Origin: Bacilli bacterium
GTDB taxonomy: Bacteria; Bacillota_I; Bacilli_A; RFN20; CAG-826
DNA length: 64,000 bases
NCBI GenBank assembly: GCA_024408335.1
Contig: JAKSVB010000002.1
Coordinates: forward strand, 90,630 to 154,629
Direction: 5' to 3'
The position numbers and the translations under genes were made by a program. The first letter of the stretch is position 1; each line of letters starts with the position of its first letter. Under the pieces are notes generated by a model. The model did not search any database and was not told where the DNA came from. It worked only from the letters and a program-made list of their open reading frames with translations. Shown here piece after piece: positions 49,620 to 59,967 of the stretch.

Positions 49620-52205
49620 TTATAAAGATGCGAGTTTGTTGAGAACTGACTCAAGAAGAGCTTTGTTTTTCTCGAGTTTCTGAGTCTCGTTTTCGATCTT
49701 TTCTTTTGGAGCTTTTGCAACGAATCCAGGGTTTCCGAGCATCTTCTCACTACGAGCGATTTCGAAGCTTAAAGTCTCTTTGTCTTTAAGGAGTTTTTCC
49801 TTTAAGAGAGCTGGATCAACATCCTCTTCCACCATCATTTCGAATCCTGGGTAAAGGAAGCTTGAACCACCTAAGTTTTCTTTCTTGACTTCATATGATG
49901 AAGCGAAGGTGAAGCGCTTTAAGTAGTCGCCGTAACCTTTGAATGGCTCAGCTGGTGAGATGACGAGTTTGACTTTAGCGTTTGGAGCCATACCACCTGT
50001 TGATTTGTAGTTACGGATGTCTTTGATCATGCCTTCTAAGATAGCAAGTTTTTCGACAGCTTTCTTGTTAAGAAGGGTGCGGTCATATTCTGGATAGAGT
50101 TCATCCATGATGCTTTCTTTGTGGGCAGGAAGGGAAAGATACATTTCTTCTGTGACAAATGGAGTGTATGGATAAATCATGAGGATGATGTCCTTCATGA
50201 CGGTATAGAGAACGTCTTTTGTGACTTCTTTTTCTTCGCCTTCTTTAGCTAAAGCAACCTTACTCATTTCAAGATATGATGAGCAGAAATCGTCATAGAC
50301 GAAGTTATAAAGAATCGATGAGGCCTGACTAAAGTGGTATTTATCCATTTCAGCGCGGACTGCTTTGATTGTCCTCATAAGCTTATCGACGATAGCGGCA
50401 TCAAGAACGCCGAGAGTCTTCTTGTTTAATGGTCTAGGAGTGTAGTCCTCGCCAAGAACGCCTTCAACATAACGGCAGGCGTTCCAGATCTTATTGAGGT
50501 AGTTTTGAGCGCTTGCGACCTTTTCATCGATGTAACGCATATCCATGCCTGGAGTGGTGTTATTGGTGATGAAGTAACGCAATGCGTCAACGCCATATTT
50601 CTCAATGACGTCGATTGGGTCAACGCCGTTTCCAAGTGACTTAGACATCTTTCTGCCTTGTGCGTCACGGATAAGACCATGGATGACGACCTCATGGAAT
50701 GGTGATTTATCGGTGAAGTGAAGAGATTGGAAAACCATACGGCTAACCCAAAAGAAGATGATGTCATAGCCAGTGACTAAGACGCTAGTTGGGAAGTAAC
50801 GTTTGAAATCAGCTGCTTCCTCGTTTGGCCAGCCAAGGGTTGCAAATGGCCAAAGAGCGCTGCTGAACCATGTATCAAGGACGTCTTCGTCTTGCTTCCA
50901 AAGAGTTGGATCCATTGCCTCTTCTGTGACAACGAGTTCGCCTGTTTTGATGTTTGTGTATGCTGGAATACGGTGTCCCCACCAAAGTTGACGGGAGATG
51001 CACCAATCCTCAACGCCGCTCATCCATTGGATAAGGACTTTTTCGAAACGTTTTGGGATGAAATTGACTTTGTCGCTTCCTTTTTGGGTTGCAAGAACCT
51101 TCTCAGCAAGAGGTTTCATACGGACGAACCATTGTTTCGAAAGCATTGGCTCAACGACGGTGTCACTTCTTTCTGAGTGGCCGACTGAGTGAGTGATCTT
51201 TTCAATTTTGATGAGTTTGCCTGCTGCCTTAATATCTTCGACAAGGGCCTTACGGCATTCATAACGGCTCATGCCTTGGTATTTGCCAGCTTTCTCATTC
51301 ATATGGGCTGTTTCATCGATGCACTTAATGAATTCGAAGCCGTATTTCTTTCCTAGAAGGAAGTCGTTAGGGTCGTGAGCTGGTGTGCACTTCATCGCGC
51401 CGGTACCGAATTCGATATCGACATATTCATCTGCCATAAGAGGGATTTCCTCGCCATTGGCAGGGTTAATGACCATCTTACCGACTAAATGTTTGTATTT
51501 CTTATCGTTAGGGTTAACGAAGACCGCTGTATCGCCAAACATGGTTTCTGGACGGGTCGTGGCGACGGTTAATGATTCGTTAGTGCCAACGATATCATAC
51601 TGGAAGTAGAAGAACTCGCCTTCATCATCTCTATGTATGACTTCAATGTTACTTAATGCGGTTCTAAGTTCTGGGTCCCAGTTGATGATCTTTTCGCCTT
51701 GGTAGATGAGACCTTCGTTATAAAGAGTGACGAAAACGTGTCTAACAGCTGCGCTTAAGCCTTCATCAAGTGTAAATCTTTCTCTTGAGTAGTCGACGGA
51801 AAGACCTATTTTGGCCCATTGAGCGTGGATTGTGTCAGCGTATTCGTGTTTCCATTCCCAGGCTTTCTTAAGGAATCCTTCTCTTCCGAGATCAAAACGG
51901 GAAACGCCTTCTTCAGCGCGAAGCTTAGCTTCGACTTTGGCTTGGGTTGCGATACCTGCGTGGTCCATTCCAGGAACCCAAAGGACATCGTATCCAACTT
52001 CTCTTTTGTATCTTGCGATAATGTCTTCGATCGTTGTGTCCATGGCGTGTCCAAGATGGAGCTTACCAGTGACGTTTGGTGGAGGAATAACCATTGAGAA
52101 AGGCTTTTTGCTTAAGTCTCTTCCACCTTTGAAGTAATCGTTTTCTTTCCATTTCTCGTATTTGCCTGCTTCGACAGTACGAGGGTCATAGTGCTTATCT
52201 AACAT
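49620..52205 (-). CDS. valS: valine--tRNA ligase
   Basis: HIGH (PNVTGKLHLGHA) and KMSKS motifs, editing domain, C-terminal coiled coil. 861 aa. AGGAGG RBS. Confidence 0.95.
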   Translation of the reverse strand: MLDKHYDPRTVEAGKYEKWKENDYFKGGRDLSKKPFSMVIPPPNVTGKLHLGHAMDTTIEDIIARYKREVGYDVLWVPGMDHAGIATQAKVEAKLRAEEGVSRFDLGREGFLKKAWEWKHEYADTIHAQWAKIGLSVDYSRERFTLDEGLSAAVRHVFVTLYNEGLIYQGEKIINWDPELRTALSNIEVIHRDDEGEFFYFQYDIVGTNESLTVATTRPETMFGDTAVFVNPNDKKYKHLVGKMVINPANGEEIPLMADEYVDIEFGTGAMKCTPAHDPNDFLLGKKYGFEFIKCIDETAHMNEKAGKYQGMSRYECRKALVEDIKAAGKLIKIEKITHSVGHSERSDTVVEPMLSKQWFVRMKPLAEKVLATQKGSDKVNFIPKRFEKVLIQWMSGVEDWCISRQLWWGHRIPAYTNIKTGELVVTEEAMDPTLWKQDEDVLDTWFSSALWPFATLGWPNEEAADFKRYFPTSVLVTGYDIIFFWVSRMVFQSLHFTDKSPFHEVVIHGLIRDAQGRKMSKSLGNGVDPIDVIEKYGVDALRYFITNNTTPGMDMRYIDEKVASAQNYLNKIWNACRYVEGVLGEDYTPRPLNKKTLGVLDAAIVDKLMRTIKAVRAEMDKYHFSQASSILYNFVYDDFCSSYLEMSKVALAKEGEEKEVTKDVLYTVMKDIILMIYPYTPFVTEEMYLSLPAHKESIMDELYPEYDRTLLNKKAVEKLAILEGMIKDIRNYKSTGGMAPNAKVKLVISPAEPFKGYGDYLKRFTFASSYEVKKENLGGSSFLYPGFEMMVEEDVDPALLKEKLLKDKETLSFEIARSEKMLGNPGFVAKAPKEKIENETQKLEKNKALLESVLNKLASL

Positions 52206-52214
52206 CGATATAGC

Positions 52215-52440
52215 CTCCTAAAATATAAAAACCGCGCCCAACATAGGGACGCGGTGCGCGGTACCACCCTAATTCCTTATTAACATAAGGCTCTTAGATA
52301 ATCTTTAACGCAGATTGACGGGTATCTCTACCGTTCTATGGTTACGACTCACTTTGATTCCTATCCGCCTTTGCACCATCTAGCGGCTCTCTAAGTAGGA
52401 AGAGCAAAGATCCCTTAACCGTCATTGAACTGATTTATTA
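52215..52440 (-). promoter_or_regulatory. T-box riboswitch leader of valS
   Basis: The - strand carries the T-box consensus GGAATTAGGGTGGTACCGCG (plus coordinates 52251-52276). It overlaps an intrinsic terminator ACCGCGTCCCTATGTTGGGCGCGGTTTTTAT directly upstream of the valS RBS. Confidence 0.75.
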
Positions 52441-52477
52441 TAAGTTAGAGATTCTTAAAAAAGAATAACTAAGTTGA

Positions 52478-55306
52478 TTATTCGCTTCTTAAGGCTTTGA
52501 CAGGGTCTTGACGTGCTGCGCTTCTAGCAGGAGTTAAACCAGCGATTGTGGTTAAGCCAATGCTACAAAGGAGAACGACTAATGCGGCTGTCCAAGGTAA
52601 GTTAGCAATCATTCCTAAGTTATAGGTAACACCAACTGTGACGTTAAGAATGAATTCAAGGAGATACGTAACGGCTAAGCCAAAGAGGCCACCACCCATA
52701 CCGATGATGAAGGTTTCAGCGTTGAATAAGTGTGAAACGTCTTTCTTTCTGCCACCAAGCGATCTAATGACACCGATTTCTTTGACACGTTCCATAACAG
52801 AAACATAGGTGATGATGCCAATCATGACGGTTGAAACGACAAGAGATAACGCGGTGAAGCAAACAAGAGCGATTGTGACGATATCGACCATGCCGTTAAT
52901 CATGCCGATGATGAGCTCAAGGTTGTCGGTGTAATTGACTTCGCCTCTATCTGCAGCAGCTAATGGTGTTTGGCTATTACTTAAAGTAATAGGTTTATCT
53001 CCGTTCCAGGCTGAAAGGTAGTCAGTTACTAAGAATTTGTTATCGAAATCAAGAGGGTATATCTCAATTCTGCTTGGAAGCTTTTCGCCACCCGCTTGAC
53101 GAGGAGAGATTGAAGCGGTCTTAAGGATCTTAAAACTTTCGGATGAACCAGTTCCACCACCTTGTCCTTCTTCTCCTCCTTGGCCAGAACCTGAAGCGCT
53201 TGAAAGCATTGAGAAGAGACTAGACATGTTGTTTGTCGAACCGACTAAGAAAGTGCTTGTGCATCTCTTTCCTTCGAAATCGACGTTCATGTCATAACCA
53301 ATGCCTGAGATGATTTCTCCTAAACCACTAAGGTTAACAAGAGTTGAAGTGTATTCGCTTGCGCCTTTGTCGCTAGCGTTAAGTGTGTCACGGAGGAATG
53401 TGGTAAGTTCAGAGTCATAATTGTCTTCAATGAACTTTTGAGCGAATTTTGGTGTGTAGAATAAGCCGCTTGATAAGCAACCATAACGGACGTTCTCTTT
53501 TGGAGTAAGGACGCCTGTGACTTTCATCTTCATGCCGTTTTGAAGGTTACCATTATCAAGGTAATCATAGAAGAATGGCTGATAGACGGTCTTATCTAAT
53601 GGGTTGGCGTCAGGATCGTTATATGAAGGGTTCTTTCTAAAGATCGAATCGTTTGGATAATAGGTATATTCTTTACCGACGAGCTTTGAGACATCGATCG
53701 ATTGTTGCTTAGCCCAAAGTTCCTTGTCATAAGTGCCTTCTTTGCCTTCGTTGCTGAAATAGTAGATAGCGTTAGCAAATTCGTCTTGGCCATAGTAACC
53801 AAGAAGGGTAAGCACGAATTCTGTGACTTCGTTTTGGTGGTTAAGAACTACCATAAGCTCATTTGCTTCATGAGGATAGGTGCCTGCAACGACATTGTAT
53901 TGGGATAAGACGTATTCCTCGTTGTCGATGCATTGGCCAAAGGCGTTTGTATAACCGTCAACCATCGATCCGAAAGACTTGAATTCGCCATCGCGGCAGT
54001 TTTCAAGGATGGTTGTACAGATATTTGTGATACCTGAAATACTATATTGAGCGGTTTTGTAATTGATGCCTTCGTAGATAAGGCCAGTTTGAGTGTTCGT
54101 GAAGAGGTTGTTCTTAATATTAAGACCATAATCCATCGTCATGGCGTTGTAGTATGAGGAAGGCATGTCCTTAAGATATTGGATGTAATTCTCATCAATA
54201 TCATTCTCTTGGAGGGATTCTGAAACGCCGGTTGCGGTTTTGACAAGCGATTCCATTGCGAATTGGATATCGATTTTGCCATCTTTCCAGCTTTCGGAAA
54301 TGATCTTGGATTGAGTTAAGTTTGAAGCGCTTTGGAGAAGCTTAAGATAGTCCACGGAATTTTGGGTGATTTGGACTGGGTTGCCAGAAAGCATGTCGTC
54401 TTGGATGGAAGCAAGATAGCCTCTAACGCCATAGGAGACCGCTAAAACGGCGGAAACGCCAACAATGCCGATTGACGAAGCAACGACGGTCATGAATGTA
54501 CGTTTGAATTTGGTGATGAGGTTCTTTGTTGAGAGCTTGAAAGCAGTCCACCAGCTCATTTTGGCTTTTTCTTTGGCCTCATCGAATGCTGGAAGTCCTT
54601 TTTCGTATTCTTTTGCCTCTTCTTCCTCGGTATATGGGTTAGTGTCACCCACTACTCTGCCATCGAGAAGGGAGATGATACGGGTTGAGTATTCTTTGGC
54701 GAGTTCGTTGTTATGGGTAACCATGATGACGAGCTTATCTTTGGAAACTTCTTTGATAAGCTTCATGATCATGACTGAAGTTTCGCTATCTAAAGCGCCT
54801 GTAGGTTCATCGGCTAAGATGATGTCTGGTTCATTGACAAGAGCACGAGCGATTGCGACACGTTGGCACTGACCACCAGAAAGCTCATTAGGCTTTTTGG
54901 TGTACATGCCTTTTAAGCCGACCCTATCCAAGGCGGCTTTTGCTTTGGCGGTTCTTTCGGCTTTGCCCATACCAGCAATTGTTAAAGCAAGCTCAACGTT
55001 TTCGAGGATGTTTTGGTGTGGAATGAGGTTATAGGCTTGGAAAATGAAGCCAATTCTATGGTTACGGTAAACGTCCCATTCTCTATCGTGATAGTCTTTG
55101 GTTGATACGTTATTAATAAGAAGATCGCCGGTTGTGTATTTGTCTAAGCCGCCGATGATGTTTAAAGTCGTTGTTTTACCGCATCCTGAAGGGCCAAGAA
55201 TAGAAACGAATTCGTTCTTTCTAAAACAAAGAGAAACTTCGTCTAAGGCTTTAACTTCAAGAGTCGCTGTTTTGTAAATTTTTGAAATCTTTTTTAACTT
55301 AAGCAT
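52478..55306 (-). CDS. fused ABC transporter: N-terminal ATPase + MacB/FtsX-type permease with ~500-aa extracytoplasmic domain
   Basis: Walker A GPSGCGKTT, LSGGQCQRVAIARAL, Walker B ILADEPTGALD. One TM helix, a large external domain, a Gly-rich linker, and a C-terminal FtsX-like 3-TM module. 942 aa. Confidence 0.85.
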   Translation of the reverse strand: MLKLKKISKIYKTATLEVKALDEVSLCFRKNEFVSILGPSGCGKTTTLNIIGGLDKYTTGDLLINNVSTKDYHDREWDVYRNHRIGFIFQAYNLIPHQNILENVELALTIAGMGKAERTAKAKAALDRVGLKGMYTKKPNELSGGQCQRVAIARALVNEPDIILADEPTGALDSETSVMIMKLIKEVSKDKLVIMVTHNNELAKEYSTRIISLLDGRVVGDTNPYTEEEEAKEYEKGLPAFDEAKEKAKMSWWTAFKLSTKNLITKFKRTFMTVVASSIGIVGVSAVLAVSYGVRGYLASIQDDMLSGNPVQITQNSVDYLKLLQSASNLTQSKIISESWKDGKIDIQFAMESLVKTATGVSESLQENDIDENYIQYLKDMPSSYYNAMTMDYGLNIKNNLFTNTQTGLIYEGINYKTAQYSISGITNICTTILENCRDGEFKSFGSMVDGYTNAFGQCIDNEEYVLSQYNVVAGTYPHEANELMVVLNHQNEVTEFVLTLLGYYGQDEFANAIYYFSNEGKEGTYDKELWAKQQSIDVSKLVGKEYTYYPNDSIFRKNPSYNDPDANPLDKTVYQPFFYDYLDNGNLQNGMKMKVTGVLTPKENVRYGCLSSGLFYTPKFAQKFIEDNYDSELTTFLRDTLNASDKGASEYTSTLVNLSGLGEIISGIGYDMNVDFEGKRCTSTFLVGSTNNMSSLFSMLSSASGSGQGGEEGQGGGTGSSESFKILKTASISPRQAGGEKLPSRIEIYPLDFDNKFLVTDYLSAWNGDKPITLSNSQTPLAAADRGEVNYTDNLELIIGMINGMVDIVTIALVCFTALSLVVSTVMIGIITYVSVMERVKEIGVIRSLGGRKKDVSHLFNAETFIIGMGGGLFGLAVTYLLEFILNVTVGVTYNLGMIANLPWTAALVVLLCSIGLTTIAGLTPARSAARQDPVKALRSE

Positions 55307-55309
55307 ATC

Positions 55310-55876
55310 TTACCTCTGTAAAGTTTTTGCAAAAACTGCACGTAGTTGCTCTGCTTTTAACCCTTTACCGCTGAAGAGCACGTTATTAATTTGCTCTTCT
55401 ATCGCGAATTTCTTTCTTGCGGCGATTTCACTTTGTTTAGCTTGATCGCTTTTTGTGAAGATGATGGAGAATGGTGTGCCACTTTCCTTTAGGAACGAGA
55501 GGAACTCAAGGTCATCTTTTCCTGGCGCGTGACGGCAGTCAAGAAGCAAGAACGACATCACGAGCTGTGGATTTTCGAAATAGTGTTCCATCATGTCACC
55601 AAACGATGCGTCCTCTTTGCTTCCATAGGTGGTGTAACCATACCCAGGCGTGTCGACAAGGTAGAAAGTATTGTCGATTAAGAAGTAGTTTAGAAGTTTT
55701 GTCTTACCAGCTTGCTTACTAGAGAAGGCTAACTTCATGCCTGTAAGAAGATTAATCAAAGTCGACTTACCGACGTTACTTTTTCCGAATACGGCAATTT
55801 CAGGCATGCCGTTAATTGGTCTCATTTTGTAATCTGGCAATGAGATTATGTATTTCGCATTCCTAAAATTAATCAT
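55310..55876 (-). CDS. engB: ribosome biogenesis GTPase EngB/YsxC/YihA
   Basis: G1 GKSNVGKSTLIN, DTPGYG, TKSD. 188 aa, downstream of lon as in Bacillus. Confidence 0.9.
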   Translation of the reverse strand: MINFRNAKYIISLPDYKMRPINGMPEIAVFGKSNVGKSTLINLLTGMKLAFSSKQAGKTKLLNYFLIDNTFYLVDTPGYGYTTYGSKEDASFGDMMEHYFENPQLVMSFLLLDCRHAPGKDDLEFLSFLKESGTPFSIIFTKSDQAKQSEIAARKKFAIEEQINNVLFSGKGLKAEQLRAVFAKTLQR

Positions 55877-55914
55877 ACTTACTCCTTTTGGGCACTATAA
55901 TATGCCATTTTTCT

Positions 55915-55944
55915 TATTTAAGAAAGAGGAGCGAAATGCTCCTC
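55915..55944 (-). terminator. terminator after lon
   Basis: GAGGAGCATTTCGCTCCTC hairpin with T-runs on both sides. Confidence 0.6.
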
Positions 55945-55975
55945 AACTCTTTTTTAGCGTTTCGTATATTTTGTA

Positions 55976-58315
55976 CTATTCCTTCATAAGAGCAATTTCT
56001 AAGGCGTCATCGACATTTTTCATGTAAATGATCTTTAGAGCGCTCAAAACTTCTGGTGGAAGTTCAGATACGTCTTTTTTGTTCTCAAGAGGGACGATGA
56101 TAGTCTTGATTCCACTACGCAGTGCTGCAAGAGATTTTTCTCTTAATCCGCCAATCGCAAGAGCCTTGCCACGAAGGGTAACTTCGCCTGTCATTGCGAC
56201 GTTATTGTCAACGTGTTTGCCAGTTAAGCAAGAAATAATTGCTGTCGTGATTGCGACACCAGCGCTAGGGCCGTCCTTTGGAACAGCGCCTTCTGGAACG
56301 TGGATATGGATATCCTTTTTCTCAAACATCTCTGGAGCGATGCCATACTTTTCAGCGTTGGCTCTAACATAGTCAAGAGCGATTGTGCAGCTCTCTTTCA
56401 TGACGTCACCAAGCTTACCAGCAAGGACGAGCCCGCCCTTTCCCCCCCTCTCATTGACTTCCATTGCGAGCACGTCTCCACCGAATCCACTATAGGCAAG
56501 TCCAGGAACGACACCGACTTGCGGTTCTTTTTCTTTCTTTGTGTCTTCGAAGATCTCAACACCAAGATACTCTTGAACTTGTTTTGCGTCGATGACGATT
56601 GGTTTTGGGTGATTTGGGTTCTTGATGAGCTCAACAACGGCTTTTCTAGCGCATGAAGCGACAAGTCTTTCGAGATTACGGACGCCAGCCTCACGGGTAT
56701 AGCATTCGATCATCTCTTTGATGCCTTCTTCTGTGAACTCAATATCCCCTTCTTTCAAACCATTAGCCTCCATTTGTTTCTTAACTAACCAGCTTGAGGC
56801 GATTTTGATCTTCTCAAGTTCGGTATAGGAAGGAACTTCAATGAGCTCTAAACGGTCACGGAGTGGAGCAGGAACGTTCTCAAGGTAGTTCGCTGTCGCG
56901 ATAAAGAGAACGTTTGATAAATCATATGGTTCTTCTAAGAAGTTGTCGTTGAACTGGGAATTTTGCTCCGGGTCAAGAACTTCAAGAAGGGCGCTTGCAG
57001 GGTCGCCATGTAAGGAATTGCCTCCAACCTTGTCGATTTCGTCAAGAAGGAAGAGAGGGTTAACAACGCCTGCTTTGGTCATGCCGTGGATGATACGGCC
57101 TGGCATTGAGCCAACGTATGTTCTACGGTGGCCTCTAATTTCTGATTCGTCAGAAACGCCGCCTAAAGAAGCCTTGAAGAACTTTCTTCCAAGGGCTCTG
57201 GCGATTGATTTAGCAAGAGATGTCTTACCACATCCTGGCGGGCCATAGAAACAAAGGATAGGAGCTTTGAGGGAACCTGTAGCTTGTTTGACTGCAAGAT
57301 ATTCGATGATTCTCTTTTTGACCTTATCAAGACCAAAGTGATCTTCGTCTAAGATCTTTTGAACGTTATCGAGGTCATCATTGTCTTCGGTCCTCTCCCA
57401 CCATGGAGCATTCATGATGGTATTTACGTAGTTAAGGATAAGAGAGCTCTCAAGCGATGCTTCAGGCATCATGCTATAACGTTTGAGTTCTTTGTTGACC
57501 TTATCTTTGATGTTTTGTGGATAAGGATTCTCAGCGAGTTTCTTTCTAATTAGATCGACATCGCTTTCTTCGTTTGCGCCTTCGCCAAGTTCATCGCGGA
57601 TGGCCTTCATCTTCTCACGGAGAATGTATTCTTTTTGTTGCTTTTCAGCACGTGTTCTCACTGTTTCGTCGATTTTCTTATCGATGTTGGTGATTTGGAT
57701 TTGTTCATCAAGAAGTTCAGCGATCTTTAAAAGACGAGCGTTAACATTAGCTTCTCCTAATAAATCGATCTTGGCTTCTGGAGAGAATGGGAGATAGGCG
57801 CTTAAGGTATCACCGATTTCAATCGATGATTCTCCTCTGCCTAAGGTATTTAAAGCGGTCTTAGGGATGTTATGAGCGAGTTGAGGATTTTGTTCAACGG
57901 ATCTCACGATTCTTCTAACTAAGGCTGTTTCTTCTGTAACGTCTCCGAGTTCGTCTTCGACGACGTATCCTGTTCCTTTCCAAGAACCATCAGCGAAGAA
58001 GACTTCTTTTAATGAGATACGTTTGGAGCCGATGACTCTAATTCTATAAGTACCATTGCTATTAACAAAGTTAACGATACGGCATAAAGCGACATTCATG
58101 AAAATGTCCTCTGCTCCTGTAACTTCGTCTTTTTGGATGGATCTTTGAGTGCCTACGAAAAGCAAAGAGTTGCTTTGTTGTCTTGCTAAATCGATTGCTT
58201 TGATGCTGTAGCTTCTTGCGGCATCAATCGATTCAGTCATATTTGGGAATACCACGAGCCCACGCGTAATTAATAAAGGAAGAGTGAGCGTTTTTGGTTG
58301 ATAGTAATTGTCCAT
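55976..58315 (-). CDS. lon: ATP-dependent protease Lon (LonA)
   Basis: LON N-domain, AAA+ GPPGCGKTS, and a protease domain with catalytic Ser (DGPSAG) and Lys. 779 aa. Confidence 0.95.
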   Translation of the reverse strand: MDNYYQPKTLTLPLLITRGLVVFPNMTESIDAARSYSIKAIDLARQQSNSLLFVGTQRSIQKDEVTGAEDIFMNVALCRIVNFVNSNGTYRIRVIGSKRISLKEVFFADGSWKGTGYVVEDELGDVTEETALVRRIVRSVEQNPQLAHNIPKTALNTLGRGESSIEIGDTLSAYLPFSPEAKIDLLGEANVNARLLKIAELLDEQIQITNIDKKIDETVRTRAEKQQKEYILREKMKAIRDELGEGANEESDVDLIRKKLAENPYPQNIKDKVNKELKRYSMMPEASLESSLILNYVNTIMNAPWWERTEDNDDLDNVQKILDEDHFGLDKVKKRIIEYLAVKQATGSLKAPILCFYGPPGCGKTSLAKSIARALGRKFFKASLGGVSDESEIRGHRRTYVGSMPGRIIHGMTKAGVVNPLFLLDEIDKVGGNSLHGDPASALLEVLDPEQNSQFNDNFLEEPYDLSNVLFIATANYLENVPAPLRDRLELIEVPSYTELEKIKIASSWLVKKQMEANGLKEGDIEFTEEGIKEMIECYTREAGVRNLERLVASCARKAVVELIKNPNHPKPIVIDAKQVQEYLGVEIFEDTKKEKEPQVGVVPGLAYSGFGGDVLAMEVNERGGKGGLVLAGKLGDVMKESCTIALDYVRANAEKYGIAPEMFEKKDIHIHVPEGAVPKDGPSAGVAITTAIISCLTGKHVDNNVAMTGEVTLRGKALAIGGLREKSLAALRSGIKTIIVPLENKKDVSELPPEVLSALKIIYMKNVDDALEIALMKE

Positions 58316-58407
58316 AGGTTTCCTCCTGTTGCGATTATTATACTTAGCAAATTAGCACTGTCAATAAAAGAGTGCCAAATTGTTAGCGGTTCTAAAATAT
58401 TTTTAGA

Positions 58408-58438
58408 AAAGAAAAAGGGCCAAGCTTCAGCAAGGCCC
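58408..58438 (-). terminator. rho-independent terminator after tig
   Basis: On the - strand: GGGCCTTGCTGAAGCTTGGCCC plus TTTTTCTTTTC. Confidence 0.75.
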
Positions 58439-58456
58439 TAATTAACAAAGATTAGA

Positions 58457-59881
58457 TTATTCAGCTTCTTTTTTAGCAGCGGTTTTCTTGGCTGCAGGTT
58501 TTTTAGCAGCTGGTTTCTTTGCGGCTGGCTTTTCTTCGCCTTCTGTAACAGCGGCTTTCTTAGCAGGTGCTTTCTTTGCAGCAACACCTTCAGGTTTGCT
58601 GACACTTAAGATGAAGTCGTGAATCTTCTTTTGGAAGAGGTTGTTCTTGAAGCCATCGAGATCGCGGTTGATGAATCCACGGACTTGTTCTTCTTCCATC
58701 TTGTATTGTTCTGCCATTGCTTTGACTTCGGCATCGACATCAGCATCGGTGACGTAGAGTTTTTCAACTTCGCCAACGGTGTTGGTTGCGACGTAGACTT
58801 TAAGGTTAGCTTCAGCTTGTTTCATGAAGTTAGCTCTTAAATCTTCGAGCTTTGTAGCAGTGATGTCACAGTATTGGTCGAATGTGATACCGTTTTGTTC
58901 GACTTGCTTCTTAAGGTTTTCTTCCATTTGAGCAGCTTCGTTAGCGATGATAGCCTCATCAAGAGCGAAGGTTGCATTAGCAACGATCTTGTCGACGATT
59001 GCTTGGTAGAATCTTTCTTCGCTGTCACGAACTTTACGTTCGAGCATAGCTTTCTTTTCGAATTCTTTGAGTTCGTCCATGGTGTTGACGTTAGCGATGC
59101 CAAGTTCCTTGACTGCTGCATCATCAGCGGTTGGGACGACTTTCTCTTTGACTTCGTGGACTTTGACTTGGAATTGAGCGTGCTTGCCAGCGAGTTCTTT
59201 GACATAGTTCTCTGGGAAGTTGACTTTGAAAGATTTGGTTTGGCCAGCTTTCATGCCGACGATGCTATCTTCGAAGCCAGGGATGAATGAGCCTGAGCCA
59301 AGGAGAAGGTTGTAGTTTTCAGCCTTACCGCCATCGAATGGCTTAAGGTTGCCTTGTTCATCTGGTAAGAATCCGTCGAAGTCGATGGTGACGGTGTCGC
59401 CCATCTTAGCTTCGCGTTCGACTAAAACGAGTTCAGCATTGCTTTCGAAGCGGCGTGCGACTGCAGCAGCGACTTCTTCTTCGGTGACGCTGTCTGCTGG
59501 GCGTGGAGCTTCGAGTCCTTTATATTCACCAAGAGTTGCGGTAGGAACTGTGATGACTTGGAAAACGAGTTCAAGTTCGGTATCGCTGATTTTGGTAACG
59601 CCGACTTCTGGACGGAAGAATGGGCGTAATTGGGTTTCTTGAAGGACTGCAGCGAAGGTTGGGTTTAAGAGAGCATCAATAGCTTCATTCCAAACAGCTT
59701 CGTGGTTGATGTTCTTTTCAACGAGAGCTCTTGGAGCTTTGCCTGGACGGAAGCCAGGGACTTTGACCTTAGCGGCAACTTTCTTGAAAGCCTTTTCTTG
59801 GGCTTCTTTCCATGCGTCTGCTTCGACTGCGACTGCAACCTTGACGCGTGATGGAGAGACTTGTTCAATTGTGTGTTTCAT
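58457..59881 (-). CDS. tig: trigger factor with Lys/Ala/Pro-rich C-terminal tail
   Basis: Ribosome-binding N-domain, FKBP-like PPIase domain, C-domain, then (A/P)AKK repeats. The start is chosen at MKHTIEQ; the track ORF starts 10 codons earlier. Confidence 0.9.
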   Translation of the reverse strand: MKHTIEQVSPSRVKVAVAVEADAWKEAQEKAFKKVAAKVKVPGFRPGKAPRALVEKNINHEAVWNEAIDALLNPTFAAVLQETQLRPFFRPEVGVTKISDTELELVFQVITVPTATLGEYKGLEAPRPADSVTEEEVAAAVARRFESNAELVLVEREAKMGDTVTIDFDGFLPDEQGNLKPFDGGKAENYNLLLGSGSFIPGFEDSIVGMKAGQTKSFKVNFPENYVKELAGKHAQFQVKVHEVKEKVVPTADDAAVKELGIANVNTMDELKEFEKKAMLERKVRDSEERFYQAIVDKIVANATFALDEAIIANEAAQMEENLKKQVEQNGITFDQYCDITATKLEDLRANFMKQAEANLKVYVATNTVGEVEKLYVTDADVDAEVKAMAEQYKMEEEQVRGFINRDLDGFKNNLFQKKIHDFILSVSKPEGVAAKKAPAKKAAVTEGEEKPAAKKPAAKKPAAKKTAAKKEAE

Positions 59882-59967
59882 AAAAATGTAACCTCTTTTT
59901 GCGTTTAGCAACTGAAATAATATATCTTATCTTAAGATACTTTTACAAATAATATCGGCAATAATTC

